NCBI RefSeq assembly: GCF_004010195.1
Contig: NC_057719.1
Span: forward strand, 57,853,908-57,917,907
Length of the DNA: 64,000 nucleotides
DNA from: Chiloscyllium plagiosum
Lineage: Eukaryota
Reading direction: 5' to 3'
Shown here one piece after another: positions 1-12,870 of the stretch. The notes under the pieces are model-generated. The model made no database searches, was not told where the DNA came from, and saw only the letters and a list, made by a program, of their open reading frames with translations. The number at the start of each line of letters is the position of its first letter. Positions within the stretch are counted from its first letter, which is position 1. Both the position numbers and the translations under genes were made by a program.

Positions 1-197
1 CTGCCAGAGGATGTGGTGGAGGCTGGTACAATTGCAACATTTAAGAGGCATTTGGATGGGTATATGAATAGGAAGGGTTTGGGGGGATATGGGCCAGGTG
101 CTGGCAGGTGGGACTCGATTGGGTTGGGATATCTGGTTGGCATGGATGGGTTGGACCGAAGGGTCTGTTTCCATGCTGTACATCTCTATGACTCTAT
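1..197 (+). mobile_element. CR1-clade (HER1-like) LINE, 3' end
   Basis: ORF2 C-terminus (VEAGTIATFKRHLDGYM) and 3' tail catctctatgactcta, shared with many copies in the window. Confidence 0.9.
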
Positions 198-638
198 TAG
201 CATCTTGTATAGTTGCAGGATGACATCACGGCTCCGCAACTCAATTCCTCTACCAATAAAACCTAACACACCATCTGCCTTCTTAATAGCACTATCTACC
301 TGGGTGGCAACTTTAGGGATCTCTGTGTACTTGGACCCAAGATCCCTTTGCACATCCACACTACCAAGGATCTTTCCATTGACCCAGCATTCTGCCTTCC
401 TGTTATCCTTCCCAAAGTGAATCACCTCACATTTATTTGCATTGAACTCCATTTGCTACCTTTCAGCCCAATTCTGCAGCTTATCCAAGTCTCCCTACAA
501 CCAGCAACATTCTTCCACACTGTCCCCCACTCCGCTGACTTTTGTATCATCTGCAAACTTACTAACCCATCCACCTATGCCTATGTCCAAGTTGTTTATA
601 AAAAATGCAAACAGCAATGGTCCCAAAACAGATCCTTG
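198..638 (-). mobile_element. CR1 LINE RT fragment (different subfamily)
   Basis: Minus-strand QGSVLGP...KFADDTK...MEFNANKCEVIHFG...QRDLG. Confidence 0.88.
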
Positions 639-639
639 T

Positions 640-932
640 AGTAGATGAAGGTGGGGGGGAGGGGTAATGGTGATAGGTCAGAGAGGAAGGTGGAGCGGAA
701 ACGTGGGAAGGAAGATGGACCGGTAGGACAGGTCATGAGGGAGGTGTCGAGTTGGAGGGTTGGATCTGGGATAATGTGGGGGGAGGGGAAGTGAGGAAAC
801 TGGTGAAATCCACATTGATCCTGTGTGCTTGGAGGGTCCCAAGGCAGAAGATGAGGCGTTAGGTGTTTCAGGTTTGGCAATGGAGGAGGCCCAGGATCTG
901 CGCATCCTTGATGGAGTGGGAGGGGTAGTTGA
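640..932 (-). mobile_element. Penelope-like element 3' fragment
   Basis: Homologous to 30430-30730 (GIY-YIG C-terminal region and C-rich tail). Confidence 0.8.
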
Positions 933-1160
933 TGTGTATGCCTTCTTCACTCTCCTGCCTAGCTGTGTTGACACCTTCAGAGATCTATGGACTTGTGCAC
1001 AAAGGTTTCTCTGTTTCTCAGTACTCCTCGAGGAGTTCATTGTGTATGCCCTTCCCTTATTAATCCTCACTTTGCACTTATTAGGATTAAACTCCAACTG
1101 CCATTGCTCTATGCAATTTACCTACTTATCAATTTCAGACTGTGGCCTGAGACCATCCAT
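933..1160 (-). mobile_element. Old CR1 RT fragment
   Basis: MEFNPNKCKV...QRNLCAQVHRSLKVSTQ...VKKAY. Confidence 0.8.
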
Positions 1161-2509
1161 GACAGCATCAACAAATTTAGAGAATCACATACTTCTATAC
1201 ATTGACCTTGGTGAAAAGCTTATTATATCAAATAAGGGTCAGATCAAACCAAGATTAAAGTTGTATATTGTTTGAGTAATGAACAGACACTCGTTGAATA
1301 CTGCAAATAGTAAGAAAATATTAAGTAACTAAGGACTGATTTTACTCAGCCTCTAAGACAGCCTGGGATTTGATAAAATGTTGATAAAGTGGCATGGGTA
1401 CTGTGCCTGGTTTTGATACTAGCAGTTTCTTTGCCACCAGTGGGAAAAATGGTAGATTTGTTGCCTCAAGAGCAAATGAATATTTAGTCAATTAAAAGCC
1501 ACTTACTAACTCCACAAACATTTTGATAGCAGCAAGAAGGCCTATCTCCCTCGGAGATTGGCTACTGAAACCTACAGGTCTTCCAGTGGATTTAACATGG
1601 GGAGTGCTTTCAATTTGAATACAAGGAGGGGCCTCACAGCAACTGTGGCAATGGTGCTGTCTGACAACCAAGGTCCTCTCCCACTCTCCCTCCTCTGAAT
1701 GTCTGTCTCCCCAACTCTCTTTGAGGTCACTGGCCATTGAAGTACTCTCATTCTGCAGGTTTAGCCCAGCAATGGCCACCAATAGCAGTGATATTACTAA
1801 GCTGATTGGGGCCATGGGGCCGAGTCCTTAACATGAACTATTGCATTTGCGCTATGACCTTTACAATTCTGAAATAGTGACAGTTTAACACCTGGGTCCT
1901 ATTCTACGCCAGTTCCTAACAAGAGTGATGTGAAACCTGCAGGAGGAGGTACAACAATACTTGGGATTATCAATGCTCTGAAGTTAATTTGACTGTACTG
2001 TGTAAAGTTGGGTTTAAACAGTGCTTCAAATTATTTCATTCAATTTAATTCAGGGCAGCTAGTTAAAGATTTAAATGCTAGGTAACACTATGAACACACA
2101 AATTGAGTGTGTGGATGCAAACTCTTTCTTGCCAAGGAAAATCAAATCAAAACCTATAAATACTGTATTGCCTGACAATCTAAAATGGTGAAACCCCAAT
2201 CCTTTTTTCGGGATACTCTGAATGTAACCATTCAAAGAATTTATGTCAGAGTCAGTGAAATATTTAATAAAATGTGATTTAACTATTTTGTTAAAATTTG
2301 GTTCAACACTCATATCTACAATTTATAAAACTTGATTGTTTGAAGGTGTTGAAAAGTAGCATGGCTCTTTTGTTTTATGTTTATGACATGAGAAAGAAGG
2401 AACATTATTAACAAACATTTGAACACAGTAAATCTGGATAAAAATCTGAGGTTATCAAATAATATGAGAAAATATAACTTAATTCTTCAATAAAATAATA
2501 ATGAGACGA

Positions 2510-2800
2510 AAATAAGAACATACAAATTGGGACCAGGAGTAGATGATTGGGCCTCAACCGCGCTTTCCTGCTTGCTTTCCATAAACTTTCAACCCATTAT
2601 TAATTAAAAGTCTAGCTCCTTCTTAAAAAAAAAATCAAATTCCCAGCAACTACTGTACTCTGGGATAGTAATTTGCAGAGATTCTCAACCCTTTGCAAGA
2701 AATAATTTTGCCCCATCCTTGTTTTAAATCTGCTAACCCTTATCCTACAACCATGACCTCTCATTTAACTTGCTCCGCATGAGGGAATATCACTTCTATG
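2510..2800 (-). mobile_element. Decayed CR1 3' end
   Basis: ataagaacata...ggagtag and cttgttttaaat...ccttatcct resemble the reverse complement of a CR1 3' region. Confidence 0.55.
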
Positions 2801-3555
2801 TCTAAAGAAACATACAAATATTAGAGTTTTATAACTGAAGCAGTTCTATCAACAGTTTCTCAAAAACCCAAGCTGGTATTTGGTTAAAGAATGGTACACA
2901 CTTTAAAGTGGCATTTCTTTATATTCCATTGATTTTGTAACTTTTATCACATAATCTTTGATGAGAGTGGGAAATGTGTTACCCATTCACTGTGAAAATG
3001 ATCTAAGATTTCATAAATTGAATACATAAACTTTGTAGGTTTTCTTTATCCTCAGTGCATTAGGTTTAATGTTGTAGAAAAGGTTCTGCTAAATGATTGC
3101 TTAGCCAGAACTGGTATTTCTAGTACTCAAGAGTGCAAAGGTCATTTTTCACAATGCAGTTTCACCTAAAGATCTTTTTCAGTGCAAGAATGTTGACTGC
3201 TAAGGAATGAGTAACAGTTGCGAGAAAAAAAGTCTGACACAGAATGGCTGTGATCCATGAATCCATTAGTGATTTAAACAAATGGTGCTGCTGTTCTTGA
3301 CAATTCTGCAGTACTCAACCGTTTCCAAGACATCCGAACAGATATTCAATAGTATAAAATATAATACAATTCATTTATATAGAATACAAGATGGGAAATA
3401 AAGGGAAAGGTTGGTTTATGGCAAATTGAGCCAGTTGACCTTGTAATGCTAACTTAAACTGATTACAAGCTATAAACTTTGTACAACGTAGTGTCACATA
3501 AGTATAAACACTTGAAGGGAAGAAGACACATTCCAAAATTTCTGGGTTGAAGTGA

Positions 3556-3766
3556 AGAGTTGAAAAGAGTGGCACTGGAAAACCACAGCAGGCCAGGCAG
3601 CATCTGAAGAGCAGGAGAATCAACATTTTGGGCATATTCCTAATGAAGGACTTATGCCTGAAACATCGACTCTCCTGCTCTCCGGATGCTGCCTGACCAG
3701 TTGCGTTTCCAATGCTACACTTTTTGACTCTTGATTCTCCAGCATCTGCAGTCCTCACTTTCTCCC
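3556..3766. mobile_element. Palindromic Penelope terminal-repeat element with decayed hammerhead motif
   Basis: Inverted arms (ctggaaaaccacagcaggccaggcagcatc / gatgctgcctgaccagttgcgtttccaa); central ctaatgaaggacttatgcctgaaacatc. Confidence 0.8.
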
Positions 3767-3999
3767 CATTGAACTCAAGAGGCGAAGCAAGAGTGACGAA
3801 CCTTGACATTCACTGTGGCATCAAGGAATCCGAGCAAAGCTGGAATCAATGGGAATTGGAGAAAGTCTCTACTGGTCAGAGTCATATTTAGCATAAAGAG
3901 ACTATGGCTGCTGGAAGCCAATCATCTCAGTCCCGGGACATCACAACAGGAATTCCTCAGGATAATGACCTATACCAACTATCTTCAGATGCTTTATCA

Positions 4000-4585
4000 A
4001 TCACAATGCTTCCATCTTGCCTTCCTTGCTCAGTCCTTTGAGTGTAGGTGGGAAGTCATGTTAAGATTGTACAGGATATCGGTGAGACCTCTTCTGGTCC
4101 AGTTCTGATTGGCCTGTTCTTGTTACGATATTATTAAGCCAGAGAGGATTCAGAAGAGACGTTCCAGGATGTTGCTAGGTTTGGAAGGTTTGAGTTATAG
4201 AGAGGAGCTGGATAGGCTGGGGCATAGGGGATTTAGAGGTCACCTTGTAGAGGTTTATAAAAATCATGAGGGATGTAGATAGTGTTAGTAGTAAGTATCT
4301 TTTCTCTAGAATTGGGTTTTCAAGGCTGGGGGGCATTTTTTTAAGATGAGAGGAGAGAGATTTAAAAAAGACATGAAGGGCAACTTGTTTACACAGAGGG
4401 TGGTTCGTGTGTGGAATGTACTTCCTGAAGAAGTGATGGATGCAAGCACAGTTACAATGTGTAAAAGGCACTGATATGGAGGGACATGGGTTAGATGCAG
4501 GTAGGTGGGACTAGTTTAGTTTGGGATTATTTTTAGCATGAACTGGTTGGACCAAACTGTCTATTTCTGTGCTTTATGACTGTCT
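4000..4585 (+). mobile_element. CR1 LINE 3' part
   Basis: EVMLRLYRISVRPLL, followed by CR1 3' UTR. Confidence 0.85.
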
Positions 4586-4609
4586 GTGCAATCATCAGAG
4601 AATTGATTA

Positions 4610-5610
4610 GAGTCAATGTTCAGCACCATTTGTGACTCTCAGACACTGAAGTAATATATGTCCATACGCAGTAAAACCTGGACAACATCAGGCTTGGGTT
4701 GAAAAGTGGCAAGTACCATTCACACCAATCAAGTGCCAGGCAATTACCATCTCCAACAAAAGAGAATCTAACCATCATCCCTTGACATTCAATGAGATTA
4801 CCATCATGAAGGTGGTAAAAACAATGACTGCAGATGCTGGAAACCAGATTCTGGATTAGTGGTGCTGGAAGAGCACAGCAGTTCAGGCAGCATCCGAGGA
4901 CAGGCTGTCTGAACTGCTGTGCTCTTCCAGCACCACTAATCCAGAATCTTACCATCATGAACCCCCACTGTCAACATCCTGGGCATTGATTGACAAGAAA
5001 CTGACCTAGATCAGTTATATGAATACAAAAGCAATCAGAGGCTGGGAATTCTGTGGCAAGTAATACATCATGACTCCCTGAAGCCTGACCACCATCTGAA
5101 AGGTACAAGTCAGGAATGGGATAGAAGGCTGTCCATTTGGCTGGATGAATGCAGCTTCAACACTTAACTTGCTCAACATTACCAGGATAAAGCAGCCCAC
5201 TTGACTGACACCCTAGCCACCACTTTAACCATTCAGCAACCTCCACTACCAATGCACATGAGCAACAGTGTGTGCCCTTCAAAGATGTCGTGCACCAACT
5301 TACCAAGGCTCCTCTGACAGCATCTTTCAAACCCAAGGTCTCTACTAGCTAGAAGAACAAGGGCAGAGATTAACCTCCTGAGGGGACAGGGTCTGCAAGT
5401 TTCCATCCATGCCACACACTATCCTGGCCTGGAATTATCATTTTTCTTTCACTGAGTCCAAATACTGGAACTCTGTAATGACAATGTGGGTGTATACACA
5501 TGAGTTTTAGCAGTTCAAGAAGACAAATCACTCTCACCTTTGAAGGGGAAACTGATAATAAATTTTGGCCGAGCTTATCATGCCCACATCCTTTGAAAGC
5601 ATGAAAAGAA
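4610..5610 (+). mobile_element. CR1/L2-superfamily LINE 3' part, interrupted at 4811-4948
   Basis: aagtggcaagtaccattc...aagtgccaggcaattacc (WQV.F...KCQA-like RT C-terminus). Same family at 13900-14420(-), 37230-37790(-) and 62590-63660(+). Confidence 0.7.
4811..4948. mobile_element. Penelope-derived hairpin insertion with 13-bp TSD
   Basis: TSD ttaccatcatgaa at 4798-4810 and 4949-4961; 46-bp inverted arms 4846-4891 / 4904-4949. Confidence 0.85.
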
Positions 5611-6029
5611 GGTTGTTCACTCATTATGACAAGGTTGCTCAGACATGCATTAGGTCACAATGCAAATGGAGGCCTTACTCCTCTTCCTTCTCCTCGTCTT
5701 CCTTCTTCAAACAAAGTTTGTCCTTTTCCCTTTCATCTACAGGCCAAGAAGGATATAAATGACTGCACCAGCATCAAAACTTTCGACCTGAGCCAGAAAG
5801 CTTATATCTGACCCAGTCAGATAAGAAATTATATAAGCATCTTCCTTTGAATTTGTGGACGTGACTTCTGATGCAGGTTCTAATTAAAATGCAGTGCAAC
5901 AAACCATGCAGGCAGCATCGGAGGGAATTTTCCCAGAAAGCTCACCTCCTTTTATTGTACTAGTTACCAAATTATGGAAAGTTGACAAAGTTTACAAATT
6001 CCAAAGATACTTTGAAAAGCACTGGCAGG

Positions 6030-6900
6030 AAGATAATGGGTGAGGCAAGTGGTTGAAGGGTCAGTGGGACACCTGGGTGAGGGAGGTTGGGTGTCAGGGT
6101 ATTGAAAATGGGTGGCAAGAGGGTAGGGGAGCATGGCAATAAGTGGATGAAGGCCAGGTTGGCAAGTCTATGGTTGAGGGGACAGGGTGGCAGGTGATAG
6201 GACCAGATTGGCAGGTAAGCAGGGGAGATGGTAGAGTATCAGGTGGGCAAGAGTATATCTTGGCAAGTGGGCAAGACAGTAGGGTGGAGATGGCTTGAGG
6301 GAGGGGTAGGTGTCCATTGGGTAAGGGGATAAGCGCCAGTTGGCTGGTGGCAAAATAGGATTAGGTGCCAGATAGGTGAAATGTTATTTCAGCATGTGTG
6401 TGACAGGGTAAGGGTACATGGAGTGAGAAGGGTAGAGGAGGAAGTTGATAAGCAGATAATATGCCAGGTGGAGAATGGGGTAGGATGCCACATTGGTGAA
6501 GGTGTCAAGTGACAGCTGGTAAGGGGGTAGCTTGGCAAGTTGATGATGGGTAGATTTCAGGGAAGCTGAGGGGATAATTGGGTGAAGTGATGGGGTGCCA
6601 GGAAAGTGAATGAGAGAGGAGGTTGGGTTCGGGACACAGGGAGCTAGGTCTTCAGATGGTGTAATGCCAAATCGGGGTAAGGTTGGATGGGGTTCAGTTG
6701 TCAAGTGGATAATCAGGTTGGGCTGGAGATCAAGGTTCAGGTCAATGGTGGTGATGAGGAATGGAGTGATAAATGTCCAGATGGTGGGGGCTGTCAGCCT
6801 TGGAGGGGGTATTTGAGTTTCTGAGTATGAAGTGGTATTGAGGGGAATATTTAGTATATGAGGGGTTGGTGCAAGTGACCGGTTGAATCAGTAGTATAGC
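6030..6900. repeat. G-rich degenerate low-complexity tract
   Basis: Repeated gggtggca / ggtag / gggtg units; strong strand skew. Confidence 0.7.
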
Positions 6901-6999
6901 TATCAAAGATTTAGAGCTGGTTTTAATAATCTCAACTTTCCAAGGCAACTGTCCAAGCTTTTTAAAAATTGTCATAAATTGTAATGATGTAGGCATTGT

Positions 7000-7290
7000 T
7001 GGCTCAACCACATTTATTACCCATCCCTAGTTGCCTTGGAAAAGGTCAAGATGAATGGAAGCCTTCTTGAACTACTGCAGTCCACTTACTGCAGTAAGTG
7101 CTGTTGAGAAGTCAGTTCCAGAGTTTTCACCCAGTGACAGTGAAGGAATAGCGATATAATTCCCAGTTAGGACAATGTATGGCTTGGAAGGAAACTTGCA
7201 GCTGGTGGTGTCCCCAGCTCTCTACTGCGCTTATTTCTCTAGATGTTAGCAGTTACAGATTTGCAATTTACTGTCAAATGAGCTTGGATG
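7000..7290 (-). mobile_element. LINE 3' end (family of 4610-5610)
   Basis: catttattacccatccctagttgccttgg...gacagtgaaggaatagcgatataattcc. Confidence 0.65.
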
Positions 7291-9190
7291 GTTCAGTGTT
7301 CTGGATATATACAGAGTAACCACATCATGATGTAAGGACTACTCAAGATAGTGTTTGGCATGATTCACATCAGAAGAAGACACATACTTACCATGCTATG
7401 TTATAGTCAAAAGAGAATTCATAACATTGAAAGCACAGGGGCTACACAAAGATTAAGCATTTAGCATAATTTTAGGAGGGCCATTTTTGGTTGTGCCTGG
7501 TATCATTGTAGACAGCACAGATATAATTGCACTGTGTGATTTAGCTGCTGGAGTTGATGCAAAATAGGATTTACAGACTAATGAATTTTTTTTGTTGAGA
7601 AAGATTTGGGTAAGTTCATGTACAAGCCAGTATGAAAATAGAAACTTTTTTTGTTAGAACCAAGTCAATTAATCTTGTCATTAGCTGATAATGTAAAATA
7701 CATGACAGTGATTTGGTAACTTTTTTGCAAATGCCCAACTTTCATTGCTATTGACTTCTAAAGTCTAAATAATTGTTTTTGAAACATGGATGGATGTTGT
7801 ACATGAATACCCTGCGAATCCCCATCGTAACAGACTCAGAAGGAACCAAACAGGAAACTGATCCAATACCCAGCTCTTCTCCCAGGATCCAACTTTCATC
7901 CCTCCACCACCAGACCACACACACTCCTCCCAGCCTGACACACCCCTCCCAGCCCAACGCATTCCAGCCTAGCCCCAGGCCGTGAACCACTCACCTCTGG
8001 GACCTAACAGCACTGTCCCTGCAACTCCCGCCCACTCCCCCACCAGACCCGATATTACCCACCCACGTTTGACCCACACTAAACAATCCATCACTAACCT
8101 GGCCCTTTTGCCACCTTGTGCCCTGGCACCACACACCTGACCTTTTGGCACCATACTCACCTGGCACCCACCCCCTTAACCACTTGCCACTCTATCCTCA
8201 CACTAACATTGCATACATACCCTTTCACAAGATCAATCAAAATGACTATCTTTGATGCTGGGCCTTCAAATTTCAGAATAAGACAAATGACGATGTACAT
8301 GTATTTGGAAAGGCAAAGACTGATTATGGATAGTCAACATGGCTTTGTGCATGGGAAATCATGTCTCACAAACTTGATTGAGTTTTTTGAAGAAGTAACA
8401 AAGAGGATTGATGAGGACAGAGCAGTAGATGTGATCGATACGGACTTCAGTAAGGTGCTTGACAAGGTTCCCCATGGGAGACTGGTTAGCAAGGTTAGAT
8501 CTCACGAAATAGAGGGCAAACTAGCCATTTGGATACAGAACTGGTTCAAAGGTAGAAGACAGAGGGTGTTGGTGAACGGTTGTTTTTCAGACTGAAGGCC
8601 TGTGACCAGTGGAGTGCCACAAGGATCGGTGCCGGGTCCTCTACTTTTTGTCATTTACAGAAATTATATGGATGTGAGCATAAGAGGTACAGTTAGTAAG
8701 TTTGCAGATGACACCAAAATTGGAGGTGTACAGGTAGATAGGATAGTGAAGGCGGCGTTTGGTATGCTTTCCTTTATTGGTCAGAGTATTGAGTACAGGA
8801 GTTGAAAGGTCATGTTGCGGCTGTACAGGAAACTGGTTAGGCCACTGTTGGAATATTGCGTGCAATTCTGGTCTCCTTCCTATCGGAAAGATATTGTGAA
8901 ACTTGAAAAGGTTCAGGAAAGATTTACAAGGATGTTGCCAGGGTTGGAGGAATTGAGCTATGGGGAGAGGCTGAACTGGGGCTGTTTTCCCTGGAGCGTC
9001 GGAGGCTGAGGGGTTACCTTATAGAGGTTTACAAAGTTATGAGGGCATGGATAGGATAAGTAGACAAAGTCTTTTCCCTGGGGTAGGGGAGTCCAGAACT
9101 AGAGAGCATAGGTTTATGGTGAGAGGGGATATAAGAGACCTAAATGGCAACATTTTCACACAGAGAGTGGTACGGGAATGGAATGAGCTA

Positions 9191-9275
9191 AAAATGTGTT
9201 GCTGGAAAAGCGCAGCAGGTCAGGCAGCATCCAGGGAACAGGAGAATCGACGTTTCGGACATAAGCCCTTCTTCA
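9191..9275 (-). mobile_element. 85-nt Penelope terminal-repeat insertion with 11-bp TSD
   Basis: TSD ggaatgagcta at 9180-9190 and 9276-9286; removing the insert and one TSD copy restores CR1 sequence. Confidence 0.9.
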
Positions 9276-9280
9276 GGAAT
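9245..9280 (-). ncRNA. Minimal (short stem III) hammerhead ribozyme motif, intact core
   Basis: Minus strand: auuc CUGAAGA A GGGC UUAU GUCC GAAACGUC gauu. Confidence 0.75.
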
Positions 9281-9889
9281 GAGCTACCAGAGAAAGTGGT
9301 GGAGGCTAGTACAATTGCAACATTTAAAAGGCATCTGGATGGGTATATGAGTAGGAAGGGTTTGGAGGGATATGGGCCGGGTGCTGGCAGGTGGGACTAG
9401 ATTGGGTTGGGATATCTGGTCGGCATGGATGGGTTGGACCAAAGGGTCTGTTTCCATGCTGTCCATCTCTATGACTCTATGACTTCTGTGAAAAAGGGAA
9501 CACAATTGGCCATCTTCTGACTTCCTGCCGATTAGTGTAAGCCCTTATATTCATATTCAGTTTCCCAACTGCTCTTCCATGCACAGATCTCAAAGGTCCA
9601 CAAAGTGGCTGAAGAAATTACAGTGAATTTAGGAGGGACCTGTCACAATGCAAGTTTGGCTCTGCATTTCTGAAGATGTGCTGATCAGAATTGTCTGTCA
9701 CAAATGCAGATCTCTTTCGTTTTGTAAAAAAGGAGCAGAGTGGCAATCTCATGCAGATTGCCATTCTTTGGAAAATCCAACACAATATTTGTGAAAATAG
9801 TCCAAAATCACAAATAGGCTATTTCCAAAAAATTAAATGACTTCCTAACAGCATGTCATGTATGTGTTTTTTTACATTTTATTTGAAAG

Positions 9890-10080
9890 GGGAGCCAAAT
9901 GCCCTCGTGGTATAGGAAGACTATTAATCCAGAAACTCAGCTCTGGGGATCCAGGTTCAACTTCCCCCATGGTAGATGATGGAATTTGAATCCAATAAAT
10001 AATCTGGAATTAAGGGTCTAAGGACGACCATGAAACCATTGTTGATTATCAGAAAAACCCATCTGATTCACGAATGTCTT
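9890..10080 (+). mobile_element. tRNA-derived SINE, 5' part
   Basis: B-box-like ggttcaacttcc; gaatttgaatccaataaataatctggaatt core shared with 15100, 37790, 45660 and 47570. Confidence 0.7.
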
Positions 10081-12729
10081 TGTCTAACTTGAGTCTTTGT
10101 GTTTTTTCTTAATTTGTTTAGTGAATAGTTTAAAGTTTTATTGCTACAATAAACTTAAGATCTATTAAATTTATTTTAGTATAAAAATTCTTCACAATAA
10201 ACACAAATGTTTTGTTTTAGAAGAGCAGTATATTTTCTATTGCTCATTAACTCTTTTTCTGAACATGTAAGAAGTATATTCCTGATTTTAAATAAGCAGT
10301 TGTCTTTTAAAGTACAAGTATAGTAGCCTTCATCTCGCATGTTAAGTTGACAAAACTGTAATTTGAGATATAACAAATATTACAAGATGAATGGCTGATG
10401 CCCATTATTAATGAGGCTTCCTCACCATTGATAGGAGACTGTCACTGAAGGATTGCTGTGCAAATAGAGTGACTTGAAACTTGCACACAACAGTCTGTCA
10501 CACTACCTATGAAAGGAAGCATTACCTGGGAAAACTGGCTGTTATCTAAGGGATAACTTGCTGCAACTGCTTTTAATACACAACAAAAACCTGTCAAGGC
10601 TCCTTGGTATGTCACGATAACTTGATAGTGGTTTAGCAACCCTATATCTCATTCCACTTGACAAGTCAGCTGAGACCAAGCAGTATACACACTTTGGAAA
10701 ATATTATGCAGACTCTTCATAAGAGGCTAGTGACAACGAGTAACAAATTGTTCTGTTTTGTGTAACAAGCCACTGAACCATTTTAATCTAAAACAGGCAT
10801 AATAAATTTAAATCTGCTCATTGTTTGATTAATTAATTGTCAAAATTAGAATGAATGATTTTTACTTGTCCAATGGTAAACATAGATAAATTGACATTTT
10901 ATTGTCTATTGGTGTAAATGTCTACGGTTATCCAACAACATCAAGGTTAGTTCTCTTGTTCTGCTTCAGCCACATGCAAAAAGAACTGTATGTCCAATAA
11001 ATAATATAAATAAATTGTACCCTACATACTAACAGAGAAAAATTCCAACTGCTAGTGCTCTATGTACAACCAAAGAGTTTGCACAATTGACATGAGCTAA
11101 GAATCAGACTCAGCTCAGCTTGTCTTAAAAGTCCAGTATATTGGTAGCTAGGTTGTCACTGCATGCCCAGTCTCATATCCGAGACATTGCCAATTTGATC
11201 TCTGTGGAATCACGTACTGGCAATGTAGTAGATTCAGGAAGACATGGAAGGAGGAAAAGGTTTAAAACAAGGGGCTGAATCCAATCCCAAGTAAAAGTAT
11301 ATCCAGGTATCTGCAGCCATTCTGGACTTGCACAATAATTTTGTCAAAGCTCATGTTGTCAAAGCACAACAGCCAGGCACTCATTTCTAAGACAGACTTA
11401 CAGATAGAAGAGGGAGCTTCTGCTCACAAATAAAGGTATGGACATTGTTATGACTGTGTAATTATAACATTTATAACATACATATTTTATAAAGGCTGAA
11501 TTGAAACGTCTAATAAATGGCCAGTAGTCATGTGGTTGATTCACGTTGATTCACTTCAAATAGAAAAAGCCGACAGCTGACGTGTAATCTCAATCACAAA
11601 GGAAATCATTTAGAATGTGATTAGATGTTGGAAAAGACCTTGAGCTTTTGAACACAACTTGGAGGAAATACTGAGGGTAGCAAGTACATGGAATGTACTG
11701 TGGGTGGAAACTTCAGTGTCCGTCACCCAGACTGGTTTGGCACTACCACTACTGGTTTGGTTGGCTGAGTGCCAAAGAACATACCTATTGGATTGGATCA
11801 TGGTAGCTGGTGAGGGAACCAACAAGAGGGACAATCTATTTGACTTATCTGCTGAATTTAGAAGGTTCATGATCACAATGATCTAATATAGGCAATCAAC
11901 AATTTGTAGCAATTTTCTGATAGTTTGTTGAGATTGTTAAGAAGCAGTTTAAATATGATACATTAGTTAATTAGCCAAAAAAAGTATATGACCATGACAG
12001 ATGCTTCACCAATTCCAAAATTGTTCTGTATAGTGGAGAAGTAGGGGCAGTGTTTTGAAGTGGTCGACTGTTTTCTCTGATGTAACACAGTCTTTGGTGG
12101 TAACAGTCTTTCCCTCAGGCTGATGCAGGGGAACTCCTGGTCTTCTCCTATGAAATTGGTGGCTCATTCCCCTGGATCCTTTCTGTCTGTCTGCCTATCT
12201 CTCTCTCTCTCACCCTACTGATCTCTGTCGATATAGCTTATTTTGGGGGCTTGTAATCTATGTGTAACGATCACCTATCTAAACCTTCTTGACAATTGAG
12301 TGTCAGCTGAACATGATGCCAGAGTGATCAATGTCCCATTGACTATCTCCATTTGAAGGTTAGTTATCATTCCTTCCAAGAACAAAACCTTAGTTTCTAA
12401 AACACTGCATTCAAACCAGGTTAGTGTAGTACCCACTAAATCCTTTGTTTATGCTTGTAGAAGACTAGCTACTACAATAACACAGTTAAATGATGGCTCA
12501 TGCTGCACAGGAAATACTAAATACTGAATATTTATAAAATTCCATTCTAAACTGGACCCCAATTTCCACATACCAGTTGGAAATATACCAGTCCATGACA
12601 GTATCAGCAGAAGTGCCAAATGCACTTGTGGAGATGAAGTCCCATTTCACAATGAGGGTATGCTCCATCATGTAATGAAACTTACCAGTGGGCTAAATTT
12701 GAAAACTTCGAATAGATATCACAATTTAT

Positions 12730-12870
12730 TGGGGAGGGCCTTTATCTCAGTTGGCTGACAGCAGCATGGATTCCTTCTTGCACTGGCTAAGGTTACCATG
12801 AAGGATATTCTTTTTCAAACTCTCCTGTCTCCTGAGGTTTGGTGACCTCAGGTTAAACTTCAGGTGAGCA
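12730..12870 (+). mobile_element. SINE fragment (ggtgaccctcaggttaaac family)
   Basis: Matches the minus-strand copy at 23690-23770. Confidence 0.5.

Larger units (their letters stand above)
8292..9485 (+). mobile_element. 5'-truncated CR1 (HER1-like) LINE with internal deletion and nested insertion
   Basis: QHGFVHGKSCLTNLIEFFEEVT, DFSKVLDKVPH, SGVPQGSV, KFADDTK; deletion near 8728; 85-nt insertion at 9191-9275. Confidence 0.93.

Noticed and set aside
11600..12160. Coding-looking segment
   Set aside because: No recognisable motif or splice structure; probably a decayed transposon that cannot be classified by eye.
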